Of a DNA stretch of 64,000 nucleotides, positions 39,855 through 53,600 are shown piece after piece; the stretch's first letter is position 1; each line of letters opens with the position of its first letter. The stretch spans positions 1-64,000 of the forward strand of contig NW_021833575.1 in assembly GCF_006345805.1 (NCBI RefSeq), read 5' to 3'. The position numbers and the translations under genes were made by a program. Source of the DNA: Octopus sinensis (lineage: Eukaryota). The notes beneath the pieces were generated by a model. That model ran no database searches. It saw only the letters and a list, made by a program, of their open reading frames with translations, and had not been told where the DNA came from.

Positions 39855-40800
39855 TCCCCCTTTCTCCGTCGTTCTCTCTCACCTTCTCTTTCAGTACAGT
39901 TGTCCTAACTTTTCAAACACTTCCACCTTATCCAACTTACCACATCTAATCCTCATACCACCACTCTCTCACCTTCCTCCCTCTATCTCACTCCTCTTTT
40001 CTCGCCTGTTACCCCCCCCCCACCCGCTCTCTCTTTTACTCACTCCCTAACTCTCTCGCCTTGAATCCCTGCCTTTTACTCTTCACCCCCTCTCTCTCTC
40101 TATCTCATTCTTTCTCCATTCCCTCTGACACACCTTCTCATTCGCTGATTGACTCTTTCTCTCTCTCTCTCTCTCTCTCTGTCTCATTCTCTGACTGTCT
40201 CCCTCTCTACTCCTTCACTCTCTCATATTCTCCCCCCCTCTCTTATTCACAATCTGCCCCACTTAAACTCTGTCTTTCTATCGCCACTTCTCTTATTCTC
40301 TGTCTCTTACTTTCTCTGTCTCTTTCTCTTATTATCTCACGTTCTCTTCTTCAATTTCTCTCTCCCCCCCCGCCTCTCTCTCTCCCTCTATCTCTCCCTC
40401 TATCTCTCCCCTCTCTATATATATATATCTCTATCTCTCTCCCTCTCCCTCTCCCTCTCTCTCCCCTCTCTCTCTCCCTCTCTCTCCCTCTCTCTCTCTC
40501 TATATATATCTCTCTATCTCTCTCCCTCTCTCTCTCTATATATAATCTATCTACTCTCTCTCTCTCTCTCTCTCCCTCTCTCTCTCCCTCTCTCTCTCCC
40601 CTCTCTCTCCCTCTATCTCTCTCTCTCCCTCTATCTCTCTCTCTCCCTCTATCTCTATCTCTCCCTCTATCGTTCTCTCTCCCTCTATCTCTCTCCCTCC
40701 CTCTCTCTCTCCTCTCTCCCTCCCTCTCTCCCCTCTCTCCCTTCTCTCCCTCTATCTCCCTCTCTCTCTCTCTCTCTCTGCCTGTTTATCTGTCTGTCTC
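38990..40800. repeat. (CT)n-rich polypyrimidine low-complexity tract
   Basis: Direct reading; includes TCTCATTCACTTTCAC repeats. Confidence 0.95.
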
Positions 40801-40899
40801 TCTCTGACATGTAAACGAGCCAGCTGTCCCACATCTAACCGTAACTGTCCTTTTTATATCAATGTGTACGCGAAACACATGCACTCGTAAATATACCAC

Positions 40900-40903
40900 C
40901 AGA

Positions 40904-40969
<66 letters not shown>

Positions 40970-41056
40970 ATACACACGCACATACACACACACACACACA
41001 TACACACACACATACACACACACACACACAACACACACACCACACACACCAACACC

Positions 41057-41093
<37 letters not shown>

Positions 41094-41960
41094 ACACACA
41101 CGCACATACACACAACACACACACACATACATACACACACATACACACACACACCACATACACATACACACGCACATACACACACACACACACACATACA
41201 CACACACATACACGCACACACATACACACGCACATACACACACACACACACATACACACACATACACACGCACATACACACACACAGTGACATAAAAAGA
41301 ACACAGCCATAAACGGACACGTAAATATAAACATCAATGTCTCTCCGGCTATACACATACACACACAACGCACACACACAAACACACACACGAATACATA
41401 CACGAATACACACATATGCACGAGCATACACAGGTGTACACGCACATACTCAAACAGACACACGCACATACATACTTGTGCACACACAGACACACAGCAG
41501 AAAAAAAAGAGCGGACACAGGCGAACTCACCACAGAAATACACACACGAAAACAGGACAGGAGGTTTCCCACTTCGACAGGAAATATTTTCCTCAACAGC
41601 AGTCACACACACAACACACACACACACACACACACACACGTATATTCATACATACACACACACACACGTATATTCATACATACACACACACACACACACG
41701 TATATTCATACATACACACACACACACACACGTATATTCATACATACACACACTACACACACACACACACGTATATTCATACACACACACACGAACACAC
41801 ACACACAAGCACACACACACACAAACACATATATATTCATACATACATTATATACATACACACATACATACATACATACATACATACATACATACATACA
41901 TACATACAAACATACATACATACATACATACATACATACATACATACATACATACATAAA
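40900..41960. repeat. (CA)n/(TACA)n compound microsatellite
   Basis: Direct reading. Confidence 0.93.
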
Positions 41961-41962
41961 TA

Positions 41963-42115
41963 CATGATGGCTGTCCCCTCTTTATCGAGTATGGCCATTG
42001 CACGAAGCTTAACTGTTATTGGTGCCGTGATCGAATGTGACTTTTTAGCCCAGCCAAAGATCTACAATGTTTTGTACAGAATTGGCAACTAAAACTTTTA
42101 CCGATAATAGCCGGC
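41963..42115 (-). mobile_element. 3' end of an RTE-type LINE with a C2H2 finger
   Basis: FSCQFCTKHCRSLAGLKSHIRSRHQ* (C-x2-C-x12-H-x4-H), short 3' UTR ending GGACAGCCATCAT, then microsatellite. Confidence 0.65.
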
Positions 42116-42117
42116 TG

Positions 42118-43595
42118 TATGTATGTATGTACATACATACCTACATACATACATACATGCATGCATACATACATACATACATGCATACATACATACCTAC
42201 ATACATCATACGTACATATACATACATACATACATACATACATACATACGTACATACACCACACACACACACACACACACACATACATACATACATACAT
42301 ACATACATACATACATACATACATACATACTACGTACATACATACCTACATACATACATACTACATCATACTACATACATACATAGACTTACATACAACA
42401 TCGTACATACATACATACATACATACGTACATACATACATACGTACATACATACATACATACATACATACATACATACATACATACATACATACATACAT
42501 ACATAATACATACATACATACATACATACATACATACATACGTACATACATACATACATACGTACATACATACATACATACATACATACATACATACATA
42601 CATACATACGTACATACATACATACATACATACGTACATACATACATACTAATACATACATACATACATACATACATACGTACATACATACATACGTACA
42701 TACGTACATACATACATACGTACATACATACATACATACATACATACATACATACATACATACATACGTACATACATACATACATACATACATACATACA
42801 TACATACATACGTACATACATACATACGTACATACGTACATACATACATACGTACATACATACATACATACGTACATACATACATACATACATACATACA
42901 TACATACATACATACATACGTACATACATACATACATACGTACATACATACATACATACATACATACATACATACATACATACATACATACATACATACA
43001 TACATACGTACGTACATACATACATACGTACATACATACATACATACGTACATACATAAATACATACATACATACATACATACATACGTACATACATACA
43101 TACATACATACATACATACGTACATACATACATACATACGTACATACATACATACATACATACATACATACATACGTACGTACGTACATACATACATACA
43201 TACATACATACATACATACATACATACATACATACGTACATACATACATACATACATACATACACACATACATACATACATACATACGTACATACATACA
43301 TACATACATACATACATACATACGTACATACATACATACGTACGTACATACATACATACATACATACATACGTACATACATACATACATACGTACATACA
43401 TACATACATACATACATACATACATACGTACATACATACATACATACATACATACATACATACATACATGCATACATACCTACATACATACATACGTACA
43501 TACATACATACATACATACATACATACATACATACATACGTACATACATACATACATACGTACATACATACATACATACATACATATATACATGT
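42118..43595. repeat. ~1.5-kb (TACA)n/(TACG)n array
   Basis: Direct reading. Confidence 0.97.
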
Positions 43596-43724
43596 ATATG
43601 TGCATTCCTATATGGACTCATGTATACTTATGTGTAGATGCTTATATGCATACATACAAATACAGGACAGATCGCTAGCCACGAAACCTTTCTCTAATTT
43701 CTCTCCCTGTTTATTTCTGTGTTC

Positions 43725-43760
43725 CTTTCTGTCAAAGAGCGTAGGCTCGAAACGTAAAAG
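43725..43760 (+). ncRNA. Minimal hammerhead-like motif (core variant CUGUCAA)
   Basis: cttt-CTGTCAA-a-GAGC gtag GCTC-GAAAC-GTA-aaag; same family as 27462-27497. Confidence 0.5.
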
Positions 43761-44581
43761 ACTTTCTCACTTCCCAGTGTTAAACTAATACATCTGTTTG
43801 TTGTTTGCACACCCGTCTTCGTCTTGTGTTTTTTTGTGTGTAAATTCTCACTATACATACATATATATATATATAAAATAAAAAAATAATAAATAAAACA
43901 TATGCATATATACATACATATATGTACATACCTACATCTATATGTATATATACATGCATATAAAGGTACAGGACACAAAAAAACGTAGAACACAACGAGA
44001 AACGAAACATAAAAACAAAAACATGGAAAGGGACTTTTTCAAACAACGAAGAGTACAAGACATACAACACAAGGAACATTCCCCTTCTTCAGCTGCCCCT
44101 GCTTCGACTACTCCGTGTTTCGAAGGTAAGGGCATAAATATATATATATATATATATATACACTTACACATGCACATATATTCGTGTATATAGACAGACA
44201 GACAGATAGACAGATAGATACATACATACATATATACATACATACATACATACATACATACATACATACATACATACATACATACATACATACATACATA
44301 CATACATACATAGCCGCAGGCATATCTGTGTGATTAAGAAGTCTGCTTTGCTTTTACTATAGCTTCAGGCTGACCAAAGCCTTGTGAGTGAATTTGGTAG
44401 ATGGAAACGCGTGCGTGTGTGTCAATGTGTCTGTATGTCTGTTTGCGTTCGCCCGCGGGTGCTTGTGTTTGTCGCTCCACACCGCATGACAACCGGTGCA
44501 GGTTTGTTTTCATCCTCCTAAATTAGCGATTCGGCACAATTGACTCTAGAATGAATACTCGACTAGTGATGGCGATTTGTG

Positions 44582-45210
44582 CTAATAAAACCCTTCAAGT
44601 CGGAGCTTCAGCATATCGGGAGTGCAATGCGTGAAAAAAGAAGCGTTGTGAAGTGGGGTTGGATCGCTTCTAATTCCGCAATTCACTTTACACTCTGTGG
44701 GGACCACAGTCAGGAGCAGTAGTCCAGAAGCATTGTGTCTTTGTTCCTGGTCCTGAAGGATCTTAGGAACCAACCTTCCACCCATCTGCATAGTGTTGTC
44801 ATCTGAGCAATGTGCACATAGCAAGTTGCATCGTTGCCCTTTGTGGATTCCCAGGTCACGAACCGACTCTAATTCTGGGATTACATTGCCTGCAGGTCTC
44901 AAGAACTTCAGCTGTAGTTTGCTTGTGGGCTGATAGCGGAATGCTTGAAATTTTGCGTCATTGGACTGCATATAATTCTCATCAGCCCATTTATATATTA
45001 CGTTCAGGTCAGTCTGCAGTCTAAGGATGTCAGTAGGATCCTTGCCCGCCTGCGATACTTTTGTATCACCGACGTAGCTGGTGAGTGTAACTGACTCTAT
45101 GGCTGAGGGCATGTCCGAGAGAGCAACCACAAACAGTAGTAGACCCAGCACTGTTCCCTGAGGGATTCCACTCAGGATTCGTGTCACTTCAGAAAGAGCA
45201 CCATTTGCTG
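44582..45210 (-). mobile_element. CR1/Jockey-group LINE reverse transcriptase fragment
   Basis: SGIPQGTVLGLLLFVV..SDMP..YVGDTKV (YADD decayed)..LQTDLNVIYKWADENYMQ.N..K..ESVRDLGI. Confidence 0.9.
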
Positions 45211-45810
45211 TATGTATGTATGTATGTATGTATATGTATATATACATGTGTATTTATATATATATAAATGTATATATCTATGTGTATATATGTGTATATG
45301 TATGTTAGTATATATGTGTATGTGCGTGGGGTGTGTATTATATGTATGTATAGATAGATACATAGATATAGATATGTTTATATATATGTTATATACTTTT
45401 AGTTGTTTCAGTCATTCAATTGCGGCCATGCTGGAGCGCCGCATTAAAGAATTTTTTAGTCAGAGCCTAGTACCTATTCTATCGGTGTCTTTGTCGAACC
45501 GCCAAGTTACGGGGATGGAAATACACCAACATCAATTGTGATGATAGTGGGACAAACGCAGACACATAAATATATATATGCGACGTATATATAAATATAT
45601 ATGTGCGACAGGCTTCTCTAAATTTCCGTCTACCTAATCCACTCACAAGGCTTTGGTTGGCCCGACGTTATAGTAGAAGACACTTGTTACTGCCACACAG
45701 TGGGACTGAACCTGGATCCATGTGTTTGGGAAAAGAAGGACGGAGGAGAAAACAGAAGAGTGAGAACATGTATGTAGGTGTGTGCGTGACTGCTAACAGT
45801 AGTGTCTTCG

Positions 45811-45841
<31 letters not shown>

Positions 45842-46245
45842 GTGTGTGTGTGTTTAGATGCCTATGATCATCACAGCGCGTGTTTCATTGAAGTGAAGTA
45901 TTTATGGATTACCGAGAGTGAGATAAGGAATTAATTAGTAATTAATTGAACCGGTATGCTTTTATCTGTGTATGTGCGTGCGCCAATATACTTATATTCT
46001 TTCTTTTTTATTTTACTTGTTTTAATTATTTGACTGCGGTCATGCTGGAACACCACCTTGAAGGTTTTTAAACGAAGAAACCAGAACTTATTTCTTAAGA
46101 CTAGTATTTATCTTTTCGGTCTCTTTTGCCGAACTGCTAAGTTACGGAGACGTAGACACACCAACACTAGTTTTCAAGCGGTGATGGGTATACAAACACA
46201 CACACTCACACACACATATATACATACACACACACATACATACAT

Positions 46246-46282
<37 letters not shown>

Positions 46283-46318
46283 TACATACATACATACATA
46301 CATACATACATACATACA

Positions 46319-46348
<30 letters not shown>

Positions 46349-46349
<1 letters not shown>

Positions 46350-48340
46350 TCATTGTGCCCCGCTGCTTGAAATTTTATTTTAATTCTCTCGCAGGAAGGC
46401 CTATTGGATTAGTGTTCTGTTATGCCTTCGAAACATGCCTGACTCCTCTAGCGACAGCTGATGACGGGGGTTTTGTCCTTGTGTAACCTGTCCTGTATTT
46501 GGTTTTCGTTTTCCGTTTTCTTGTTTTTTGTTTTTTGGCTTTTTCTGTTTCTACGTCTTATTGTGATGTCCTGTACTTCCGTATAATTATTTATATATGC
46601 ATGTATATATACATGTAGATGTAGGTACGTACATATGTTTGTATGTATGCATATATTTTTATTTATCTCCTTATTGTCTGACAGCGCCCCGCATCAGTTT
46701 CGTCCGATTCGTCGTTTCGATCCACTTCTTGGTCCCCTTTTTTATATTAATATTATATATTGAAGATGCGGTACTCTCTCCCTTTGCTTTAACCTCTTCA
46801 ATCTTTCTCCCCCCCTCCCCTCTCTCTTCGCCGCGTGTCCCCCTCCTCCTTCCCTCTTCCTTGCCTATAAAACAAAATTCCTTTACACGTGGTTACCACT
46901 ATTGAAAAGACTGCCCCCACGCGCTGCTACTACACTTTCGTCCTTGCCAGCAAAAAGGCTTCTTCGTTCGTCCCCTTGTGTGGTTAATTTCCTGTATATA
47001 TTCTTGTTATTTTCTCGTTTTGTAACTAATTGTACTTTTTGTACATGTATTTTTATTTTTGCAGTTTTATTGTTTGTCTATGCCAGAAAAAAGGCTTTTT
47101 CGTTCGTCCTCTTGTGTTTGTTTTTGTACATGTATTTTAATTTTGCAGTCTTATTGTTACGTCTTGTTTGTGTTCGTACTCATTGTGCCCCGCTGCTTGA
47201 AATTTTATTTTAACTCTCTCGCAGGAAGGCCTATTGGATTAGTGTTCTGTTATGCCTTCGAAACATGCCTGACTCCTCTAGCGACAGCTGATGACGGGGG
47301 TTTTGTCCTTGTGTAACCTGTCCTGTATTTGGTTTTCGTTTTCCGTTTTCGTTGTTTTTGTTTTTTGGCTTTTTCTGTTTCTACGTCTTATTGTGATGTC
47401 CTGTACTTCCGTATAATTATTTATATATGCATGTATATATACATGTAGATGTAGGTACGTACATATATGTTTGTATGTATGCATATATTTTTATTTATCT
47501 CCTTATTGTCTGACAGCGCCCCGCATCAGGTTCGTTCCGATTCGTCGTTTCGATCCACTTCTTGGTCCCCTTTTTTATATTAATATTATTATATTGAAGA
47601 TGCGGTACTCTCTCCCTTTGCTTTAACCTCTTCAATATTTCTCCCTCCCCCTCCTCCTCTCTCTTCGCCGCGTGTCCCCCTCCTCCTTCCCTCTTCCTTG
47701 CCTATAAAACAAAATTCCTTTACACGTGGTTACCACTATTGAAAAGACTGCCTCCACGCGCTGCTACTACACTTTCGTCCTTGCCAGCAAAAAGGCTTCT
47801 TCGTTCGTCCCCTTGTGTGGTTAATTTCCTGTATAGTATTCTTGTTATTTTCTCGTTTTGTAACTATTGTACTTTTTGTACATGTATTTTTATTTTTGCA
47901 GTTTTATTGTTTGTCTATGCCAGAAAAAAGGCTTTTTCGTTCGTCCTCTTGTGTTTGTTTTTGTACATGTATTTTAATTTTGCAGTCTTATTGTTACGTC
48001 TTGTTTGTGTTCGTACTCATTGTGCCCCGCTGCTTGAAATTTTATTTTAATTCTCTCGCAGGAAGGCCTATTGGATTAGTGTTCTGTTATGCCTTCGAAA
48101 CATGCCTGACTCCTCTAGCGACAGCTGATGACGGGGGTTTTGTCCTTGTGTAACCTGTCCTGTATTTGGTTTTCGTTTTCCGTTTTCTTTTTTTTTTTTT
48201 TTTTGGCTTTTTCTGTTTCTACGTCTTATTGTGATGTCCTGTACTTCCGTATAATTATTTATATATGCATGATATATACATGTAGATGTAGGTACGTACA
48301 TATATGTTTGTATGTATGCATATATTTTTATTTATCTCCT
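46349..48340 (+). repeat. ~830-bp tandem repeat (2 full units + partial), retrozyme-like or PLE-derived
   Basis: CATTGTGCCCCGCTGC at 46351, 47181 and 48018; units differ by small indels; bounded by (CA)n and (TA)n; each unit has an HHR-like motif. Confidence 0.92.
46454..46496 (+). ncRNA. Non-canonical hammerhead-like motif (GUAAC for GAAAC); also 47284-47326 and 48121-48163
   Basis: acag-CTGATGA-cggggg ttttgt ccttg-t-GTAAC-ct-GTC-ctgt. Confidence 0.45.
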
Positions 48341-48720
48341 ATATATATATATATATATATATGACACACAATGGGCTTCTTTCTGTTTCTGTTTACCAAA
48401 TCCACTCTCCACTCACAAGGCTTTGGTAGGGCCGCGATTATAAGAGAAGATACTTGCCGAAGGCGCAGTGGGACTGAAACTGGAAGACAACCTCGTCATA
48501 TAAATACATGCATTTGTATTTATACATATACATGTGTGTAAGTGGAGACTTCATATATATATATATATATATAATTATAATTATAATTAGGGTATCTGAG
48601 ACATGCCACCACGCTGAAAATAGCAGTCAAAACCTGACTCTAACGCCACATTAAATGTTCATACAGTACCAGGAGAGAAGACAAAGAAACAAAATAAACT
48701 AGCAAAAAAATTACTGGATA

Positions 48721-48779
48721 ATTCCAGATCCTGGATTTCTGGATTTGCATAAGAGATGCTCTGCCTTCATCAGTGGAAT
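48721..48779 (-). ncRNA. Type I hammerhead ribozyme
   Basis: attcca-CTGATGA-a-gg..gcat ctctt atgc..cc-a-GAAAT-ccagg-ATC-tggaat; perfect 6-bp stem I, intact core, AUC site. Confidence 0.75.
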
Positions 48780-48914
48780 ATACTCAGGTAGCACATAAAT
48801 ACAAATATATATATATTATATATATATACAACGTACGGTATACATACATATACGAACGTCTATACATATATATGCACGTATGTAGACGACCAGTTTAAAT
48901 TGCCCGCCCTTACC

Positions 48915-49341
48915 AGGCGGCCCCCAAGAGAAACCGGAACTTTTCAATATTATTTTGTTCCCTTAGTTTTATATGTTTACACTTTTACCGCCTTCAAAGA
49001 ATTCTCCATCTGAATCAATGCGTAGGTCTAGACGCGCTTCCCACTGTTCGAAGCAGTCCTGGGACTCTTGCAAAGCGATGCCTTTTAACGCCACCGTCGT
49101 TCTCTTCTCTTCTTCACCTTTACTTACTTACTTTTACTTTACTTTACTTTTACTTGTTTAAGTCATTTGACTGCGGCCATGCTGGAGCATCGCCTTTAGT
49201 CGAGCAAATCGACCCCGGGACTTATTCTTTGTAAGCGCAGTACTTATTCTATCGGTCTCTTTTTGCCGAACCGCTAATTGACGGGGACGTAAACACACCA
49301 GCATCGGTTGTCAATGCTAGGGGAACAAACACAGACACACA

Positions 49342-49374
<33 letters not shown>

Positions 49375-50202
49375 CATATATACGACAGGCTTCTTTCAGT
49401 TTCCGTCTACCAAATCCACTCACAAGGCTTTGGTCGGCCCGGGGCTATAGCAGAAGACACTTGCCCAAGATGCCACGCAGTGGGACTGAACCCAGAACCA
49501 TGTGGTTGGTTAGCAAGCTACTTACCACCCAGCAACACATTTGCAAATTCCTTCGCACCGGCTTTCGTCACCAAAGACGACCTTCGAAGGGAACAAAATA
49601 TAGTCTGAATTAACTTCCAAATGTTTTTCAGTTCTCGACATGCATTCAGTCGTGACTGCTTTCGATCTTCCGTGAGTAGGCGAGACACAATTTTGCTACA
49701 ACTCTTTTTATTCGCAGTTCCTCGCTCAAAATTCGTTGGCAGGAGCTCCAGGACACACCAATATCAACAAGTTCGTCAGTTGTTCAGTAACGGTCCTCCA
49801 AATTCAGTTCATGAATTTTCATGATGTTTTCATTCGTTCGGGAGGTCGATTATCATTCTGAACGCGGTTGGTCTCCAAGCGAGAAGTGACCATTCCTAAA
49901 GCATGGAACTCACTCGTAAGTTCGTGTTTTGCTCATAGCAGCGTCCTGGTAAGCTGTTTGAAGCATGACAACTGTTTGGGCGCCGTTTTCCCCTACAGAT
50001 AACAGAGTTTCACAGAAGCACGCCGTTCCTTCGTTTCTGCCATCGCCAGAATCAACGAACAAGAGAGAAGCACTACAAAACAAAGACACACCACGTGGCA
50101 GAACGACTTCACTCGACGACGCCAGACTGATATATCAGGGTTGCATCAAGTGGCGGAAGCCCAAACTGCAACTGGCTTGTCCCACAGAGAGTGTAACCCT
50201 CG
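48915..50202 (-). mobile_element. Internally deleted mariner transposon with a SINE A insertion (49140-49534)
   Basis: 5' end TA|CGAGGGT at 50202; N-terminal region up to VFGDES; C-terminus ..QDCFEQWEARLDLRIDSDGEFFEGG at ~48990-49110. Confidence 0.75.
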
Positions 50203-50205
50203 TAA

Positions 50206-50269
<64 letters not shown>

Positions 50270-50282
50270 ATATATATATAAA

Positions 50283-50638
50283 GGCGCAGGAGTGGCTGTG
50301 TGGTAAGTAGCTTGCTAACCAACCACATGGTTCCGGGTTCAGTCCCACTGTGTGGCATCTTGTGAGTGGATTTGGTAGACGGAAACTGAAATAAGCCCGT
50401 CGTATATATGTATATATGTATATGTATGTGTGTGTGTTTGTGTGTCTGTGTTTGTCCCCCTAGCATTGCTTGACAACCGATACTGGTGTGTTTACGTCCC
50501 CGTCACTTAGCGGTTCGGCAAAAGAGACCGATAGAATAAGTACTGGGCTTACAAAGAATAAGTCCCGGGGTCGATTTGCTCGACTAAAGGCGGTGCTCCA
50601 GCATGGCCGCAGTCACATGACTGAAACAAATAAAAGAG

Positions 50639-50640
<2 letters not shown>
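50283..50640 (+). mobile_element. SINE family A with an internal deletion
   Basis: Canonical blocks; the GGGCAAGTGTC..AAGCC segment is missing. Confidence 0.88.
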
Positions 50641-50661
<21 letters not shown>

Positions 50662-50670
<9 letters not shown>

Positions 50671-53600
50671 CAACAATTGAGGGCAAAATTAATTAATTAT
50701 TAATCAATTTCACCAAGTGTTCAGTATGCAAAGGGACCATTCAAGGCGAATTCAAATTATTACATTATATAAAAGGGCTTAGTAAAATAAATTACTTTGC
50801 CGCATACTGAACTCATTAGAAATAGCAGCTAAAAAACTTTTTTAAGGCTATTTCTAATACTTAAAGAAAATCTCTCTCATATATAGTGTTTGCATAATTT
50901 AACTCACAAAAGTTTGGGGGTAATGACATCGAAAAATCAAATGCTAAGGTTATTCGAGAACGTACGTTTCAAGATTAGTCAAAACAACATTTCTATCATC
51001 GGCTCGGAAATTCCTTGGTTTGGATTTGGAAACACTGAAAATAAGAACATACCCTCTCGAAGATCTGCTCCCAACTAACAGTGCCAACAAATTCAAAATA
51101 AGCAAGCGAAGAATCTCTGTTCTCCCCTTTCCACCAGCGTGGGTTAAAATCATCAAACTCTATGCTTATTTCGGTAAAGTCCGAAGCATTAATCAGAGGG
51201 AGATTAATTATAATTTCAACAATTGAGGGCAAAATTAATTAATTATTAATCAATTTCACCAAGTGTTCAGTATGCAAAGGGACCATTCAAGGCGAATTCA
51301 AATTATTACATTATATAAAAGGGCTTAGTAAAATAAATTACTTTGCCGCATACTGAACTCATTAGAAATAGCAGCTAAAAAACTTTTTTAAGGCTATTTC
51401 TAATACTTAAAGAAAATCTCTCTCATATATAGTGTTTGCATAATTTAACTCACAAAAGTTTGGGGGTAATGACATCGAAAAATCAAATGCTAAGGTTATT
51501 CGAGAACGTACGTTTCAAGATTAGTCAAAACAACATTTCTATCATCGGCTCGGAAATTCCTTGGTTTGGATTTGGAAACACTGAAAATAAGAACATACCC
51601 TCTCGAAGATCTGCTCCCAACTAACAGTGCCAACAAATTCAAAATAAGCAAGCGAAGAATCTCTGTTCTCCCCTTTCCACCAGCGTGGGTTAAACTCATC
51701 AAACTCTATGCTTATTTCGGTAAAGTCCGAAGCATTAATCAGAGGGAGATTAATTATAATTTCAACAATTGAGGGCAAAATTAATTAATTATTAATCAAT
51801 TTCACCAAGTGTTCAGTATGCAAAGGGACCATTCAAGGCGAATTCAAATTATTACATTATATAAAAGGGCTTAGTAAAATAAATTACTTTGCCGCATACT
51901 GAACTCATTAGAAATAGCAGCTAAAAAACTTTTTTAAGGCTATTTCTAATACTTAAAGAAAATCTCTCTCATATATAGTGTTTGCATAATTTAACTCACA
52001 AAAGTTTGGGGGTAATGACATCGAAAAATCAAATGCTAAGGTTATTCGAGAACGTACGTTTCAAGATTAGTCAAAACAACATTTCTATCATCGGCTCGGA
52101 AATTCCTTGGTTTGGATTTGGAAACACTGAAAATAAGAACATACCCTCTCGAAGATCTGCTCCCAACTAACAGTGCCAACAAATTCAAAATAAGCAAGCG
52201 AAGAATCTCTGTTCTCCCCTTTCCACCAGCGTGGGTTAAAATCATCAAACTCCATGCTTATTTCGGTAAAGTCCGAAGCATTAATCAGAGGGAGATTAAT
52301 TATAATTTCAACAATTGAGGGCAAAATTAATTAATTATTAATCAATTTCACCAAGTGTTCAGTATGCAAAGGGACCATTCAAGGCGAATTCAAATTATTA
52401 CATTATATAAAAGGGCTTAGTAAAATAAATTACTTTGCCGCATACTGAACTCATTAGAAATAGCAGCTAAAAAACTTTTTTAAGGCTATTTCTAATACTT
52501 AAAGAAAATCTCTCTCATATATAGTGTTTGCATAATTTAACTCACAAAAGTTTGGGGGTAATGACATCGAAAAATCAAATGCTAAGGTTATTCGAGAACG
52601 TACGTTTCAAGATTAGTCAAAACAACATTTCTATCATCGGCTCGGAAATTCCTTGGTTGGATTTGGAAACACTGAAAATAAGAACATACCCTCTCGAAGA
52701 TCTGCTCCCAACTAACAGTGCCAACAAATTCAAAATAAGCAAGCGAAGAATCTCTGTTCTCCCCTTTCCACCAGCGTGGGTTAAAATCATCAAACTCTAT
52801 GCTTATTTCGGTAAAGTCCGAAGCATTAATCAGAGGGAGATTAATTATAATTTCAACAATTGAGGGCAAAATTAATTAATTATTAATCAATTTCACCAAG
52901 TGTTCAGTATGCAAAGGGACCATTCAAGGCGAATTCAAATTATTACATTATATAAAAGGGCTTAGTAAAATAAATTACTTTGCCGCATACTGAACTCATT
53001 AGAAATAGCAGCTAAAAAACTTTTTTAAGGCTATTTCTAATACTTAAAGAAAATCTCTCTCATATATAGTGTTTGCATAATTTAACTCACAAAAGTTTGG
53101 GGGTAATGACATCGAAAAATCAAATGCTAAGGTTATTCGAGAACGTACGTTTCAAGATTAGTCAAAACAACATTTCTATCATCGGCTCGGAAATTCCTTG
53201 GTTTGGATTTGGAAACACTGAAAATAAGAACATACCCTCTCGAAGATCTGCTCCCAACTAACAGTGCCAACAAATTCAAAATAAGCAAGCGAAGAATCTC
53301 TGTTCTCCCTTCCCCTTTCCACCAGCGTGGGTTAAAATCATCAAACTCTATGCTTATTTCGGTAAAGTCCGAAGCATTAATCAGAGGGAGATTAATTATA
53401 ATTTCAACAATTGAGGGCAAAATTAATTAATTATTAATCAATTTCACCAAGTGTTCAGTATGCAAAGGGACCATTCAAGGCGAATTCAAATTATTACATT
53501 ATATAAAAGGGCTTAGTAAAATAAATTACTTTGCCGCATACTGAACTCATTAGAAATAGCAGCTAAAAAACTTTTTTAAGGCTATTTCTAATACTTAAAG

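Noticed and set aside
39174-40814. Leu/Ser-rich ORFs
   Set aside because: Translation of (CT)n low-complexity DNA.
42067-43621. 330-410-aa ORFs
   Set aside because: Translation of (TACA)n arrays.
51080-51160. SH3-like WWKGEN motif in the array unit
   Set aside because: Only a short match; the rest of an SH3 domain is absent.
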